DNA of 64,000 nt from Mobula hypostoma (lineage: Eukaryota): the NCBI RefSeq assembly GCF_963921235.1, contig NC_086109.1, positions 37,760,001 to 37,824,000 of the forward strand. Reading direction: 5' to 3'. Below, in pieces: positions 25,316 to 38,230 of the stretch. The notes beneath the pieces are model-generated. The model searched no databases. It saw nothing but the letters and a program-made list of their open reading frames with translations, and was not told the origin of the DNA. Positions within the stretch are counted from its first letter, which is position 1. Every line of letters starts with the position of its first letter. The translations under genes were made by a program, and so were the position numbers.

Positions 25316-25394
25316 CGGGGTTCCCAACCTGAGGACCATGGACTCCTCATTTGATGGTAAGGGTCTGTGGCACAAAATAGGTTGGGAATGTTTG
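25316..25394. mobile_element. ~80-bp hAT/Charlie-type MITE
   Basis: CGGGGTTCCCAACCT...AGGTTGGGAATGTTTG inverted ends with imperfect 8-bp TSD CTTTAGGC/CTTTAGAG. Confidence 0.6.
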
Positions 25395-25993
25395 CTTTAG
25401 AGAGATCTGTGCTTTTATCATTTTACTAGGTAGATTATCTGAGTTGGCTTTCCTACGTTTTGGTAGTAGCTTTGGTATAGCAGTTACTGTGCAACTGTCT
25501 TTGCAAAACTGAATCAACCTGTGCATTTTGGTTGGCTTTAAAACTAGTATATAGGACATATTATGGTCCATCTAACTTGCCTGGAAACTTGACTAACAGA
25601 CATTTTGTCTCTTTCTGGGAAAGAGCAATAGGTTGAATGTAAAAATAAAAACTGAAAAAAATGAACCCCAGAGGATTAATTAAGGTAACAGGCATTTTTT
25701 CCATAGGTAAAGCAAGCTTAGTTTGATTTTCTTGTAAGTCTGCTAATGGTTACTGGCTTAAGATTGCATGCATTAACCAGTATATGAAAACTTACATATT
25801 TTTTTCCTCAATTGGTGATTTTTCTCAACCTGGTGTTAAACTGAAAAAATGAATTCTACAAATTCTGCTGCACTCAGTGGATTCACTAAAAACAATTCAG
25901 CCACAGGCTTCCCAACACTGCACAATTAACTAGAATTAACAGAAGTTATGTTGATGGTGGGGCAGAGGGAATGTTGGGGGTGGGAGAGGAATG

Positions 25994-26607
25994 CAGACAT
26001 CCCACCCTGCAAAAACTGATTTCATGGAGGTAGCACCATCAATTTGCGGGAGACTTCCGGGAGAGGTGGGATGTCTGCAATAGAGTAGCTCCCTAGTAGC
26101 CAGCCAGCTAGTTTAAATAACGTTAGCTAAGCTAATGAATGAATAACACCTGTTAAACTCACCTCAACATGTCTTTTACAGTCTTAACCCACCATGGGCA
26201 ATAGAAAAGTCACTGTTGCAAACAGTGCAGCGAGCAACACTGTCATTATTTTTGACCCCTATTAGGCAGGGGTACACTTTAGTGTAGTCTGCGGTGACGT
26301 ACGTTTTATATTTTCTTTTTTTTCTGGAACACTGCCACGGCGCGCTCCTGCTCTCTCTCTCTCCCGTGGTCACTCGCGCGCTCTCTGGTGCTCTTGCTTG
26401 CTTTCTCTCTCGCTCTCTCGCACTCTTGCACTCTCGCACTCTCGCTCTCTCGCTTGCTTGCTCTCTCGCGCTCTTGCTTGCTTGCTCTCGCTCACTTGCT
26501 CTCAAAAAAATTGATTTCCGTGATATTGTATATAATTTGCGGGCATCAGGGAGCCACTATTCATATGCGGGAGACTCCCGGAACTTCCAGGAGAGGTGGG
26601 ATGTCTG
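25994..26607 (-). mobile_element. Non-autonomous hAT-like DNA transposon with zinc-finger remnant and 6-bp TSD
   Basis: TIR CAGACATCCCACC / GGTGGGATGTCTG with GGAATG on both flanks. The minus strand encodes ARCTVCNSDFSIAHGG(frameshift)DCKRHVE, followed by GTGAGT. Confidence 0.75.
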
Positions 26608-26934
26608 GGAATGTGGAAGTTTGCTTACTTACACTAATCTATAAATCAAGGTTTACTGACACTGCAGGGTGCCTGGGATCTGGCAGATCTAGGATGAATG
26701 AGAAATAATGGGGGGGGGGCAGTGGATACATGGAGAATTTCATGCAATCCAAGATGAAGTTCTGAAGGATGATAGTAAGTTATTGACTTTCCAGTTTGGC
26801 ATCCATGTTAGGCATTACATTGTGAATACCTGATTATTCCTGGAGTGTTCACCAATGGGTTCTCCCAGAACAACCTAGTTCAAGTGTCTCTGTAATTCTC
26901 CAAATAGGGAATGTTAATATTGCACAAGATGTTA

Positions 26935-27200
26935 GGGGTGCCACTGTAGCACAGGAGTTATCGTGACGGGATTACAGCTTGGGGCATTAGAGATTGGAGT
27001 TCAATTCCAGTGTTGTCCGTGAGTGCATGGGTTTTATCCAGGTGCTTTGGTTTCCTCCTGCATTCCAAAGATGTACGGGTTAGTAGATCATTTGGTCATT
27101 GTGATGAGGGTAGGATTAAGTAGGCAGGTTGCTAGGTGATGTGGCTTATTGGGCAGCAAGGGACTGTTCCACGTTGTATCTCTAAATAAATAAATAAATA
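26935..27200 (+). mobile_element. V-SINE (HE1-like)
   Basis: tRNA-like head, core gggttttatccaggtgctttggtttcctcc...ccaaagatgt, and a (TAAA)n tail. Confidence 0.7.
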
Positions 27201-27234
27201 TAAATGTCACCTCTGCCTTGTGCCATGGATACAA

Positions 27235-28780
27235 AAGCGGTAGTGTAGTGGTTGGCAAGCGTGATTATAGCTTGGGGCGTCAGAGATCTGAGTTCATTTC
27301 CGGAGCCATCTGGAAGGAGTTTGTACATTCTCTCCGTGACCGCGTGGGTTTCGTCCGGGTGCTCCGATTTCCTCCCACCATCCAAGGATATATCGGTTAG
27401 ACCAGGGGTCACCAACCTTTGCACTGCGGACCGGTTTAATATTGACATTATTCTTGCGGACCGGCTGACCGGGGGGGGGGGGGGAGGGGGGTAGGGTTGT
27501 CAACGGACAAGAGTAGCAGTCAAATACGTTGTGTTTACCCCGAGACAGACTACCATGACCATGAAGCCTTGCGCGGGCTACTATGTGCGCATGCGTGTAC
27601 ATACCGAGTTTTTTTCTACAAATCACGACCGGAATATAGCTGATAAGTGGCTAATACACTCAATTTCGTTTCTAAAAGGGTTTATCTAACGAATTTAATA
27701 TTAAACACACAGTGCATATTTTCCTCGCATGAATATAGCGATAAGTCAATTATCAGGGGAGGACAGGGGAGCTTGAAGTAAGTGTTGAACAAACTTCCAG
27801 TAGGAGTGGTAGAGGCAGGTTCAATATTATCATTTAAAGAAAAATTGGATAGGTACATGGACAGGAAAGGAATGGAAAGTTGTGGGCTGAGCGCAGGTCA
27901 GTGGGACTAGGTGAGAGTAAGTGTTCGGCATGGGCTAGAAGGGCTAAGATCGCCTGTTTCTGTGCTGTAATTGTTATATGGTTATATGGTTATATAAGTC
28001 ACTTATAAGTCAATAGCATCATAACATTTTAAGTAATGTTTGGATATTAAACACACAGCACATATTTTCCTCATATAAACATATAAAATCATTCCAACAC
28101 ACCCAGTATCGCTGAATCAGTGGGAGCCCTGGGCTTGTTTCCCTGAAACAAGACAGTGCCATCAAGGGGTGATGGGAGACAGTGATACTCGAAGGGGGTT
28201 CCTTATGTCCAGTCTATTCCGCAATTTAGTTTTCGTTGCAATCATTGCAGAGATATGTTGGAAATGGAAGCAACGTTTTAGTGCTCTCGTGGCGATCTCA
28301 GGATATCTAGCCTTGACTTTGATCCAAAATGCCAGCAGAGATGTTATGTCAAACATACTTTTCAGCCCACCATCATCTGCAAGCTCAAGGAGTTGATCTC
28401 CTTCCCACGCTGACATGGATGATGCGTGCGCAATAATCTTGCATACGTTCAAGCTCAACAGTGGGCGTGACAGGGAATGTGGAAAGGTGCAGCTGACTCA
28501 TATCGTTTCCTCGCAGCTCGGTAGCACGTGCTTTGCGGCCTGGTACCGGTCCGCGGCCCAGTGGTTGAGGACCGCTGGGTTAGTAGATTATTTAGTCATT
28601 GTAAATAGTCCTGTGATTAGGCTAGGGTTCAGTAGGTGGGTTAGTAGGTCAATAGGCCTACATTGTAAGTAGTCCTGTGATTAGGCTAGTGTTGATGGGT
28701 GGGGTGGAGGGGTAGGGTTCCTGGGCAGCACTGCTTGTTGGGCACGAAGGGCCTTTTCCGTGCTGTGTCTCGAAATAAAG
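27235..28780 (+). mobile_element. V-SINE split by the hAT insertion at 27403-28577
   Basis: Head and core at 27235-27402. The SINE resumes at 28578 (ggttagtagatt...cattgtaaatagtcctgtgattaggct). Confidence 0.75.
27403..28577 (-). mobile_element. hAT Charlie/Buster-type non-autonomous transposon with transposase C-terminal remnant
   Basis: Ends CAGGGGTCACCAACC / GGTTGAGGACCGCTG with TSD GGTTAGAC/GGTTAGTA (6/8). ORF 28162-28458 (FWIKVKARYPEIATRALK...TKTKLRNRLDI) is hAT dimerisation-domain-like. Confidence 0.88.
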
Positions 28781-30688
28781 ATTTATTCTTAGACTTGTAG
28801 TGTCAACCTTCTGGACGGCACAAAGCCTGGAAATAATTATTAGCATATTTCTTTTAGGAAACAAACATTATTGTATTGAGTAACATTAAAAAACTCCAGC
28901 TCAATTCACTGTTTGAGCATAATAATCCCAGCACCTTGTAAATCTCTGTTGCCTGTTTTCTGCCAGGTATACTGAACAACCTTGTGAAACCTATGGTGCA
29001 TTTGAAGGAAAGATAGTATTTTAATTTTCCCTAATGGAAGAACTTGCAATGCTCACTTTTGGCTAAATTGGAAAACAATCTGCATTGCTCCAGTAATGCT
29101 TATCTGTGTTGTGAACTGAATAATTTAAAGATGTTTATATTGTACACTGACGGGGAGCAATTGTGCTGAGATTCAACTGACCGGAAAAATACTAACAGAA
29201 TGAACAGTTTGCGCCTTCAACGTTCATTGCTAGTTCAACATGAAAATTCCTGGGAGGTTTATGCAGCTATCAATACAGCAATTATGTTTGTATAATGTAG
29301 GTATTTTGTGTAATTCAATCACTTCAAAGTTAATGGAAAGAACAGCTAACATCAATTTATTGGTAGATCAGGACCAAACTGCTTTCAAAATCAAGCTATA
29401 GTAACACTTGCCTTGGTGACAAGTTTCACGACAAATTCAAATATAAAAATCAAGTGTTTCCAACTAATAAATGCACACTTGAAATCCGATGAAAACATTT
29501 ACTTCAAATGGTTGAGTACAGAGCCCTCACTTTGCATTCACCATCCTCTTAAGATCGGAATGAAAAATTGTTATTCAGCTTTGCACACAAAGGCATTACT
29601 GTTTTTTTAAGAATGAAAAGATAACCAAGGCCCATCACAAATGGGTTAAAATCAAGGAGGTAGGAGACATAACAAAGTTCATTGTAGTTCATTGCTTGAT
29701 GTGGGTATTGTTATCTGCAACTTGGTTTTTACATTCATTCTTATCTGATTTTGGAAGTACTGTCCTTGAATGGTATCAAGTGTAATGAAGGCAATGTTTG
29801 TTTATTGAGCATGTGAATGTTATCCCATTTTCTTGTCTGGATACAGTCTCCTGTTACATGAAAAGCTTTCTTTAATTGCAAATTAACCAAAATAGCACCT
29901 CTGCTGCTGTAAATTAAAACCAGTGATCTACAATGAATGTTTGGTCATCTACTCAAATAAAGGTGCTTCCTTCATTTTTTTTGTACAGAATATTCTTTCT
30001 CTAAAACAGAATACAAATGCATGAGAGTTCATAAGAGTAGGTGTGGTGTAATTTTGTAAGCTTGGGGCAATTTTCTTGGGAACATAACTGAGAATGTAAA
30101 AAGCAAATAATTGAAAAGTGATGTCAATTGTTTGCCAATTGGTTAATTGGTCAATTAAGGGACTCTATAAAATTGCTTAGGAATTGAAGGCAGTTTATTT
30201 TTCCATAAACATAAAATTCCTCATTGTATAAATATAATTGAAGTTTGGTTTTAAAGATGATATGAATTTAGAAGTCACAATATCGTAATGCCAAAGTTGT
30301 TAAATATTTGAGACTTTTTTTTATAAACTCAAGTTGTTAGTCATTCAGTTTCTTGCCCTTAGCAAATGTTATCAATTAAGATAATGCACTATCAAATATT
30401 TCAGATCATTATGTTCATATAAAATCAGCAAAAGCCTCATTGTTAGCATAGAATATTTTCCCTATGTTCTGTACAAGGCATATTATTGCAAAGCTTAGGG
30501 CAAGTTATAAACTCATCTAAAAACATGCTTAAGTTTCACATGGCCATCCATCAAAATACAGCAAGTGTCAGTTTTGAATCAATGTGAATATGTCGTGGTT
30601 AATAAGATGAGATTTGAAGTGAAGGTTTCAGGATGCAGATCCTATAGACGTCCGATGATAAATGAATATGCAGATATTGACAACTTAC

Positions 30689-30760
30689 AGTGATTGGAGG
30701 TTGGGTAGATCCCACAGCGCTTCACATGGGAGTCTCTTCAGCTGGTTGTTTTGTAACATT
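30689..30760 (-). CDS. lgr6: LGR6-like receptor, 72-bp LRR exon (equivalent to coding exon 4)
   Basis: Minus strand reads ttttatttcttttcaatAG|A ATG TTA CAA AAC AAC CAG CTG...CAA TCA CT|GTAAGT. It translates MLQNNQLKRLPCEALWDLPNLQS(L), versus recalled human LGR6 MLQNNQLGGIPAEALWELPSLQSL. It splices in frame to the 52440-52511 exon across a 21,679-bp intron. Confidence 0.9.
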
Positions 30761-31109
30761 CTATTGAAAAGAAATAAAAATTACTTATCTCGATATTTTA
30801 AAAGACATTTGACATACAGTTTCACTCAAACTGCTTTTAAGGGTGGAAGGTAGTCTTTGTGACAAATGGGTGTGAGAGTTTTGGCCGCAGGCTGTACTCT
30901 CCTCCCAAAATTCGGTTCCATTGAAGTCAGCCTTTAGGTTTCTTATTTATATATGTATGGTGTCTAATGCCTGTTTCATCCAGCTTTAACCCTTTGCCCT
31001 ATGGTAATTTATTTGGTATTGCAATTTTGCCTCCTTGTGCAATTATGAGGCCCATCAAAAATGGCTTCCTCTGTGATTCATTTGGCTTATAATGGAAAAT
31101 AATATTGAG

Positions 31110-31490
31110 CTTCTGAGACCAGATGGATGGTGGGGTGGAGATACGTCTCTACCGAAGGAGCTGTAAGGCGCTTCTTCCTTACGCTAGCCTGCAGGTCACC
31201 CTTGAGTAAGGTGTAGCAAGGTCCTTGATCAGGGTCATGTGAAGCCATGGAAGCAGGTGGGAGATGGTCATATGAGCAGCTGGTGCATACCCCAAGTCCT
31301 GGTTATGTGACCCCTGACACCATGCAGACAATCTCTGAAGCATATTGATAATGGCTTGCATCACCTATCTTGTAAAGACACTGCCCAGAAGAAGGAAATG
31401 GCAAACCACTTCTGCAGAAATTTTGCCAAGAACAATCGTGTTCATGGAAAGGTCATGATTGTCCAGGTCATACAACATGGCACATGACCA
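31110..31490 (+). mobile_element. SINE with RTE/BovB-like 3' tail
   Basis: gaaggaaatggcaaaccacttctgcagaaattttgccaagaac resembles the BovB/RTE-derived SINE tail. Confidence 0.55.
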
Positions 31491-31678
31491 GCAAAAGATG
31501 ATAGACCAGAAAGGCTTCAAGTTCAGTTTATTTTATGTGCCAAGTCAAATGATCTCAGGCAGAGATTGACAGACAAACAATGAACTTGTCCTCTTGGCTA
31601 AGAAAAGAAAAGAACAAAACAGGACTGGGTTCTTAATCATGATTTTTAAATATTCTGAGGTTTGGAGAAGAAAGTTTA

Positions 31679-32862
31679 TAGACAATAGACAATAGGTGCA
31701 GGAGTAGGACATTCGGCCCTTTGAGCCAGCACCGCCATTTACTGTGATCATGGCTGATCATCTACAATCAGTATCCAGTTCCTGCCTTATCCCCATAACC
31801 TTTGATTCCGCTATCTTTAAGAGCTCTATCCGTCGCTTTCGTAAAAGCATCCAGAGACTTGGCCTCCATAGCCTTCTGGGACAGAGCATTCCATATATCC
31901 ACCACTCTCTGGGTGAAAAAGTTTTTCCTCAACTCCGTTCTAAATGGCCTACCCCTTATTCTTAAACTGTGGCCTCTGGTTCTGGACTCACCCATCAGTG
32001 GGAACATGCCTCCTGCCTCCAGTGTGTCCAATCCCTTAATAATCTTATACGTTTCAATAAGATCCCCTCTCAGCCTTCTAAATTTCTAAAGCCCAGTCGC
32101 TCCAATCTTTCGACATATGACAGTTCCGTCATCCCGGGAATTAACCTTGTGAACCTGCGCTGCACTCCCTCAATAGCAAGAATGTCCCTCCTCATATTTG
32201 GGGAGCAAAACTGCACACAGTACTCCAGGTGTGGTCTCACCAGGGCCCTGTACAGCTGCAGAAGGACCTCTTTGCTCTTATACTCAGTTCTGCTTGTTAT
32301 GAAGGCCAGCACGCCATTAGCTTTCTTCACTGCCCGCTGTACTTGCATGCTTGTTTTCAGTGACTGATGTACAAGAACACCTGGATCTCGTTGTGTTTCC
32401 CCCTTTCCTAACTTGACTCCATTTAGATAATAATCTGCCTTCCTGTTCTTACCACCAAAGTGGATAACCTCACATTTATCCACATTAAACTGCATCTGCC
32501 CACTCACCCAGCCTGTCCAAGTCACCCTGCATTCTCATAACATCCTCCTCACATTTCACACTGCCACCCTGCTTTGTGTCGTTGGCAAATTTGCTAATGT
32601 TACTTTTAGTTCTCTCATCTAAGTCATTAATATATATTGTAAACAGCTGTGGTCCCAGCACTAAACCCTGTGGTACCCCACTGGTCACCACCTGCCATTC
32701 CGAAAGGGACCCGTTAATCGCTACTCTTTGTTGGCTATCAGCCAGCCAATTTTCAATCCATGTCAGTACTCTGCCCCCAATACTATGTACCCTAATTTTG
32801 CCCACTAATCTCCTATGTGGGACTTTATCAAAGGCTTTCTGAAAGTCCAGGTACACTACATC
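31679..32862 (-). mobile_element. CR1 LINE, 5'-truncated, with 3' end
   Basis: VYLDFQKAFDKVPH, GVPQGLVLGP and LVRPHLEYCVQF. (ATAGACA)n tail. Confidence 0.92.
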
Positions 32863-33095
32863 CTTTAAGCAGAGAGTGGTGAGTGTAGGGAATGACCTGC
32901 CACAGGAAGTGATTGAGACAGGTGTAGTAGTATCAGTGAAGAAGCACTTGGACAAGTACATGGGCGACTGGGGTTTAGAGGCTTAAATGGATATGGGCTA
33001 AGTACAGAATATTGGGACTGGCTTGGGGGGGGTGCCATGGTCAGCATAGGTGAGTTGGGCTGAAGGGTCTGTTTCTGTGCTCTATTACTCAATGA
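32863..33095 (+). mobile_element. Old CR1 3' fragment
   Basis: cagagagtggtgagtgtagggaatgacctgcca...gggctgaagggtctgtttctgtgct. Confidence 0.6.
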
Positions 33096-34667
33096 CCCCA
33101 TAACAAGATGTAGCAAGGCGGAAATGCATAATCTCATCTACAAAATGATGAAAATTAGATGAGTTATTATTGAGCATTCTATAGAAGAGAGAAATGGAGT
33201 GAAAACCAGAAAACAATTTCAAACAAGCAAGTTAAATGTTGATCTTACCAAGAAAATTCTCCAGTTAATGACAGAATCTGATTTTCATTCCACTATTTTC
33301 TCTGATGATTCTGCCATCCTTCTGCTGAAGTTGCTTTAAGAAATTGGAAGAACACCCATGGAAAATAGTGGAAAGTGTTCATTTCCCTAAGGGGTAATCT
33401 TGATTCAGGCATCTCAGATTTTACGGAGATTACGTAATTATAACTAATTATCTTCTATTTAAAGGTTAAAATGTATTAAGACATGATTTCCTTTGAACTC
33501 TACAAATAATTATAGAGTAATTGCATATCAAAGAACCAGAAACTAGCTTAATATCCAACATAGGATATATACTATATTTATTTATTTTAAGTGCAAGTTT
33601 TGTCAAAACGGACCAAGCAGGAAAATTGTTATAATGACAGATAAACCTGGGGCTGTGAGTCATGGAAAGAGCGCTTTGAAGATGATGTTCTTGTGTTCAT
33701 TTGATGGACTTCCATAGAACTGATCCATTGTGAATTGAACTGGATCTTAACTTAATGAATGCCTTTAAATCAACTTCTCCAACAATAATATAACTTTGGA
33801 TCCATTCAAATCCCTAACATTAGGACCGATGTTTCCTTTAATATAAACTTAACCTCACACCAACTCCTGTTTGCTGTCATTTTGGCCGATGAAAAATCCA
33901 TAAAACTCAGCACATGTTTGCACCTACAGGTTCAGAATATGTAAATGTTTATAAATGTACATATATGAAAAAAATATAAACCTTGAGACACATTTTCTGG
34001 CAGGCATTCACAAGAATAACAAAGAAATAGAATTTACAAAGAAAAACCTATATATAAACAGAAAAAGAGCAACAAACAACCAATGTGCAAAAGAAGACAA
34101 ACTGTGCAAATAAAATATAATACTGAGAACTGTGATGGGTTGGATTCACCATCAACAAAGCCCGAAATTGAAAAGAAGATCTTAAATCTTATTCGACATA
34201 TTTATCTGGGGGTACCCTCACTATAGGGAGGTTATATTATATCCACCTACTCTGGAAGAACTAGCTTATTTCCCTGTCAAGTCTCTATGGTGAGCTGTAG
34301 CTGCCTCATACCCATTGCCTGAATGGTGGAGCCTCCTTCCCTACCAAGGAGGAGATACTTCCAGGTAATTAAATAGTTTAAACATTGTTTATTTTATTTT
34401 TATCAATACACATTTAAATTTAGACAAATAGCTCCTAACACACTTTTAACATTCCAAGAGGATATTTGACTTATAAAAGATTTCTGAACTACAAAGGATT
34501 TCCAATGCAGGTTCAAGCCTTACAAATTAAAACACCATGCCAATGAGTTGCAGACGAACGATTTGTCTGTCACAGGAACTGAAGGTTGCGGAATGAATTC
34601 TAGTTCTTCTTTCTTTCTGTCATTCTCTTTGTCACTCTTAACAATCCCCAATGGTTTCTAATATGTA

Positions 34668-34854
34668 AGCAACACACATCAAAGTTGCTGGTGAACGCAG
34701 CAGGCCAGGCAACATCTCTAGGAAGAGGTACAGTCGACATTTCGGGCCGAGACCAAAATGTCGACTGTACCTCTTCCTAGAGATGCTGCGTTCACCAGCA
34801 ACTTTGATGTGTGTTGCTTGAATTTCCAGCATCTGCAGAATTCCTCGTGTTTGC
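34668..34854. mobile_element. Penelope terminal-repeat fold-back insertion with 13-bp TSD
   Basis: Inverted arms meet at ~34750. TTTCTAATATGTA occurs at 34655-34667 and 34855-34867. Confidence 0.88.
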
Positions 34855-35418
34855 TTTCTAATATGTATACTGTTTTGCTACTGCTTGGCATTCTTTGTGT
34901 GTGATGTTTTCTAGATACCTTTGCTGTGACAAAGTAATTCACACAGGTAGTGTGAAAGATTCTGGGGACAGATATTCCAGCCACCTAAAATAAATGCTGT
35001 GATGGCTGACCCTCTGAGTATACTTAACTATTGATTGATCATGCCTGTGACCATGTTGGTGTGCTAAGTGAAGTAACCCCATTATATAACATCAGACAAG
35101 AAGCCTCACGGTCACTTCACTTTGCAACCTATATCTTTTGAGCAGCCAGTCCCTGCTATCAGCCAGCAATGCTGTTTGCAAAGCTGTGCTTTGAACTTCA
35201 AACCATTTATTGCTTGCAATTTACATTAAGAACTGGATGCTGCTTTCTTCTGGCTGCACTCCATATAAATATGTCCAATAGCAGGCAGGGCTTTGCCTGT
35301 GATAGACTGTGTTGTGTCTAAAACTCTTTCTAGCCCTTTTCATTCTCAGGCAAAGCATCTGTTCAACAGTTGGATACTTCCTCTAATTAATCACCAGAAA
35401 GGCTGTACCTAATACCTT

Positions 35419-37075
35419 AAGTCAAGTCAAGTCACTTTTTATTGTCATTTCGACAATAACTGCTGGTACAATACACAGTAAAAACGAGACAATGTTTTTC
35501 AGGACCATGGTGCTACATGAAACAATACAAAAACTACACTGAACTAAGTAAAACAACACAAAAACTACACTAAACTATAGACCTACCCAGTACTGCATAA
35601 AATGCACAAAACAGTGCAGGCATTACAATAAATAATAAACAAGACAATAGGCACAGTAGAGGGCAGTAGGTTGGTGTCAGTCCAGGCTCTGGGTATTGAG
35701 GAGTCTGATGGCTTGGGGGAAGAAACTGTTACATAGTCTCGTCGTGAGAGCCTGAATGTTTTGGTGCCTTTTGCCAGATGGCAAGAGGGAGAAGAGTTTG
35801 TATGAGGGGTGCGTGGAGTCTTTCATAATGCTGTTTGCTTTGCGGATGCAGCGTGTGGTGTAAATGTCTGTAATGGTGGGAAGAGAGACCCCAATGGTCT
35901 TCTCAGCTGCCCTCACTATCCACTGCAGGGTCGAGCGATCCGAGATGGTGCAGTTTCCGAACCAGGCAGTGATGCAGCTGCTCAGGATGCTCTCAATACA
36001 ACCTCCGTAGAAAGTGGTGAGGATGGGGGAGTGGGAGATAGATTTTTCTCAGCCTTTGCAGAAAGTAGAGACGCTGCTGGGCTTTCTTTGCTATGGAGCT
36101 GGTGTTGAGGGACCAGGTTCACCATTCTGCGCCAGGTGAACCCCAAGAATTTTGGTGCCCTTAACGATCTCTACTGAGGAGTCGTCGATGTTCAGCAGAG
36201 AGTGGTCATTCCGTGTCCTCCTGAGGTCAACAACCATTTCTTTTGTTTTGTTTACATTCAGAGACAGGATGTTGGCTCAGCACCAGTCCGTTAGCCTCTG
36301 CATCTCCTCTCTGTATGCTGACTCATCGTTCTTGCTGATGAGTCCCACCACAGTCGTGTCATCGGCGAACTTGATGATGTGGTTCGAGCTGTGTTTTGCA
36401 GCACAATCGTGGGTCAGCAGAGTGAACAGCAGTGGACTGAGTACACAGACCTGGGGGGGCCCCCGTGCTCAGTGTGATGGTATTGGAGATACTGCTTCCA
36501 ATCCCGAGTGACTGAGGTCTCCCAGTCAGGAAGTCTAGAATCCAGTTGCAGAGGGAGGTGTTCAGGCCCAGTAGGCTCAGCTTTCCAATCAGTTTCTGAG
36601 GAATGATTGTGTTGAATTCTGAACTGAAGTCTATGAACAGCATTCGAACGTACGTGTCTTTTTTGTCCAGGTGGGTTAGAGCCAGGTGGAGGGTGATGGT
36701 AATGGCATCATCTGTTGAAAGGTTGGGACGGTACGCGAACTGCAGGGAGTCCAGTGACGGGGGCAGCGGGGTACCAGTCAGTGTGCTCAAAGCAGTCTTG
36801 AAGAGCAGAGATGGCTCCTGCTGGCCAGGTTTTCACCTGCTTCTGAACTGGTCTGGAGTGCCTGACGAGCAGTCTATAAACTGGGATTAGCATAACAGAG
36901 ATGTGGTCTGAGTAACCAAGGTCGGGGAGGGGCTCCACCCTGTACACGTCAGGAATGTTTGTGTAAACAAGATTCAATGCGTTCTCCCTTCTCGTTGCAA
37001 AGTCCACGTTCTGATGGAATCTGGGGACCACTGATTTAAGGTTCGCGTGTTTAAAATCTCCGGCGACAATAAACA
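35419..37075 (-). mobile_element. Rex1/Babar LINE with internal deletion
   Basis: GYSDHISV (endonuclease), [20 protein letters not shown] and HPSYKLFSLLPSGKR. (AAGTC)n tail at 35419. Confidence 0.9.
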
Positions 37076-37499
37076 GTAAACAATAAACAATACAATTGGA
37101 TATTTAAGTGCTCACCACAAATTACATTTCTTGCCCATTGACACCTTCCATCTTCTTGTGACCTGCCTGAAACAAACATTGTGTAATATTTGGCACCCAG
37201 GTGAATTTCAATTTCCAAGTGCAGATTAATGGCAGCAAAGCTTTGCCTTGCCACCATTATCTCAACTTATTTCCATCTCCATAATGTTGGCAATCTCTTT
37301 CCCTACCACAGCTTTTCAGGTGGCAAGTTGCTTATCTAAGTTTTATTCTATGTTTGATTAATTTATCTGCAAGACTCCATGCCAGTTTTGTTTTTGTTTT
37401 AGCCTCTATTATCTTGAGGCAATCTACATTCTGCTTTTTGTGTTCTAATATGAGCCAAGTAGTGCCTCTAATGCTATGTACCCAGAGTGCTGCTCTAAC

Positions 37500-38230
37500 T
37501 ATTTTTAACTGTGCAAGCACATACTTCTGCCCCTGACACTCTTGAATTCCTGGCATGCTGCTGGTGTCTTCCACAGCAAAGACTGATGCAATGTACTTAT
37601 TCAGTTCATCTGTCATTTCTTTGTTTCCCATTACTACCTCTCCAGTCATTTTCCAGTGGTCCAATGTTAGCACTTGCCTCTCCTTGTGACTAATGGTTTT
37701 CTGCTGAGATCTGTCTGGAAACCCTGCTCTTTGAGTTTTATAAATAACTTGGATGGGAAAGTGGAAGGGAGGATTAGTAAGTCGCAGACGACATGAAGGT
37801 TGGTGGTGTTGTCCATAGTGTAGAAGGTTGTCGTAGGTTACAATAGGACATTGATAGGATGCAGAGCTGGGCTGAAAGTGGCAAATGGAAAACTATGATA
37901 TGTTACCATTTGGAAAATCAAAGTTGAAGGCAGGATTCTTGGTAGTGCTGAGGGACAGAGAGATCTTGCAGTCCACATCCTTAGATCTCTCAAAGTTGCC
38001 ATGCGAGGTGATAGGGTAGTTAAGATGACACTTCATTAGTTGGGGATTGAGCTCAAGAACCATGAGCTAATGTTGCAGAGTTATAATACTCTGGTTAGAT
38101 TACACTTAGTGTATTGTGTTTGGTTCTGGTCGCCTCATTACAGGAATGTTATGAAATTTTAGAGATGGTGCATGTCTTACGAGAACAGGTTGAGTGAGCT
38201 CAGGCTTTTCTCCTTGGAATGAAGGAGGAT
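37500..38230. mobile_element. Decayed CR1 fragments (minus ~37500-37690, plus ~37730-38230)
   Basis: MGNKEMTDELNKYIASVF on the minus strand. Degenerate RT region (gcagacgacatgaaggttggtgg) on the plus strand. Confidence 0.7.

Noticed and set aside
26294..26708. Leu/Ser/Ala-rich ORFs
   Set aside because: These are translations of a degenerate (CT/CG) low-complexity tract inside the DNA transposon.
27235..27310. tRNA genes at the SINE heads (also ~15320, ~26940)
   Set aside because: Degenerate A/B-box heads fused to the V-SINE core, with no complete cloverleaf.
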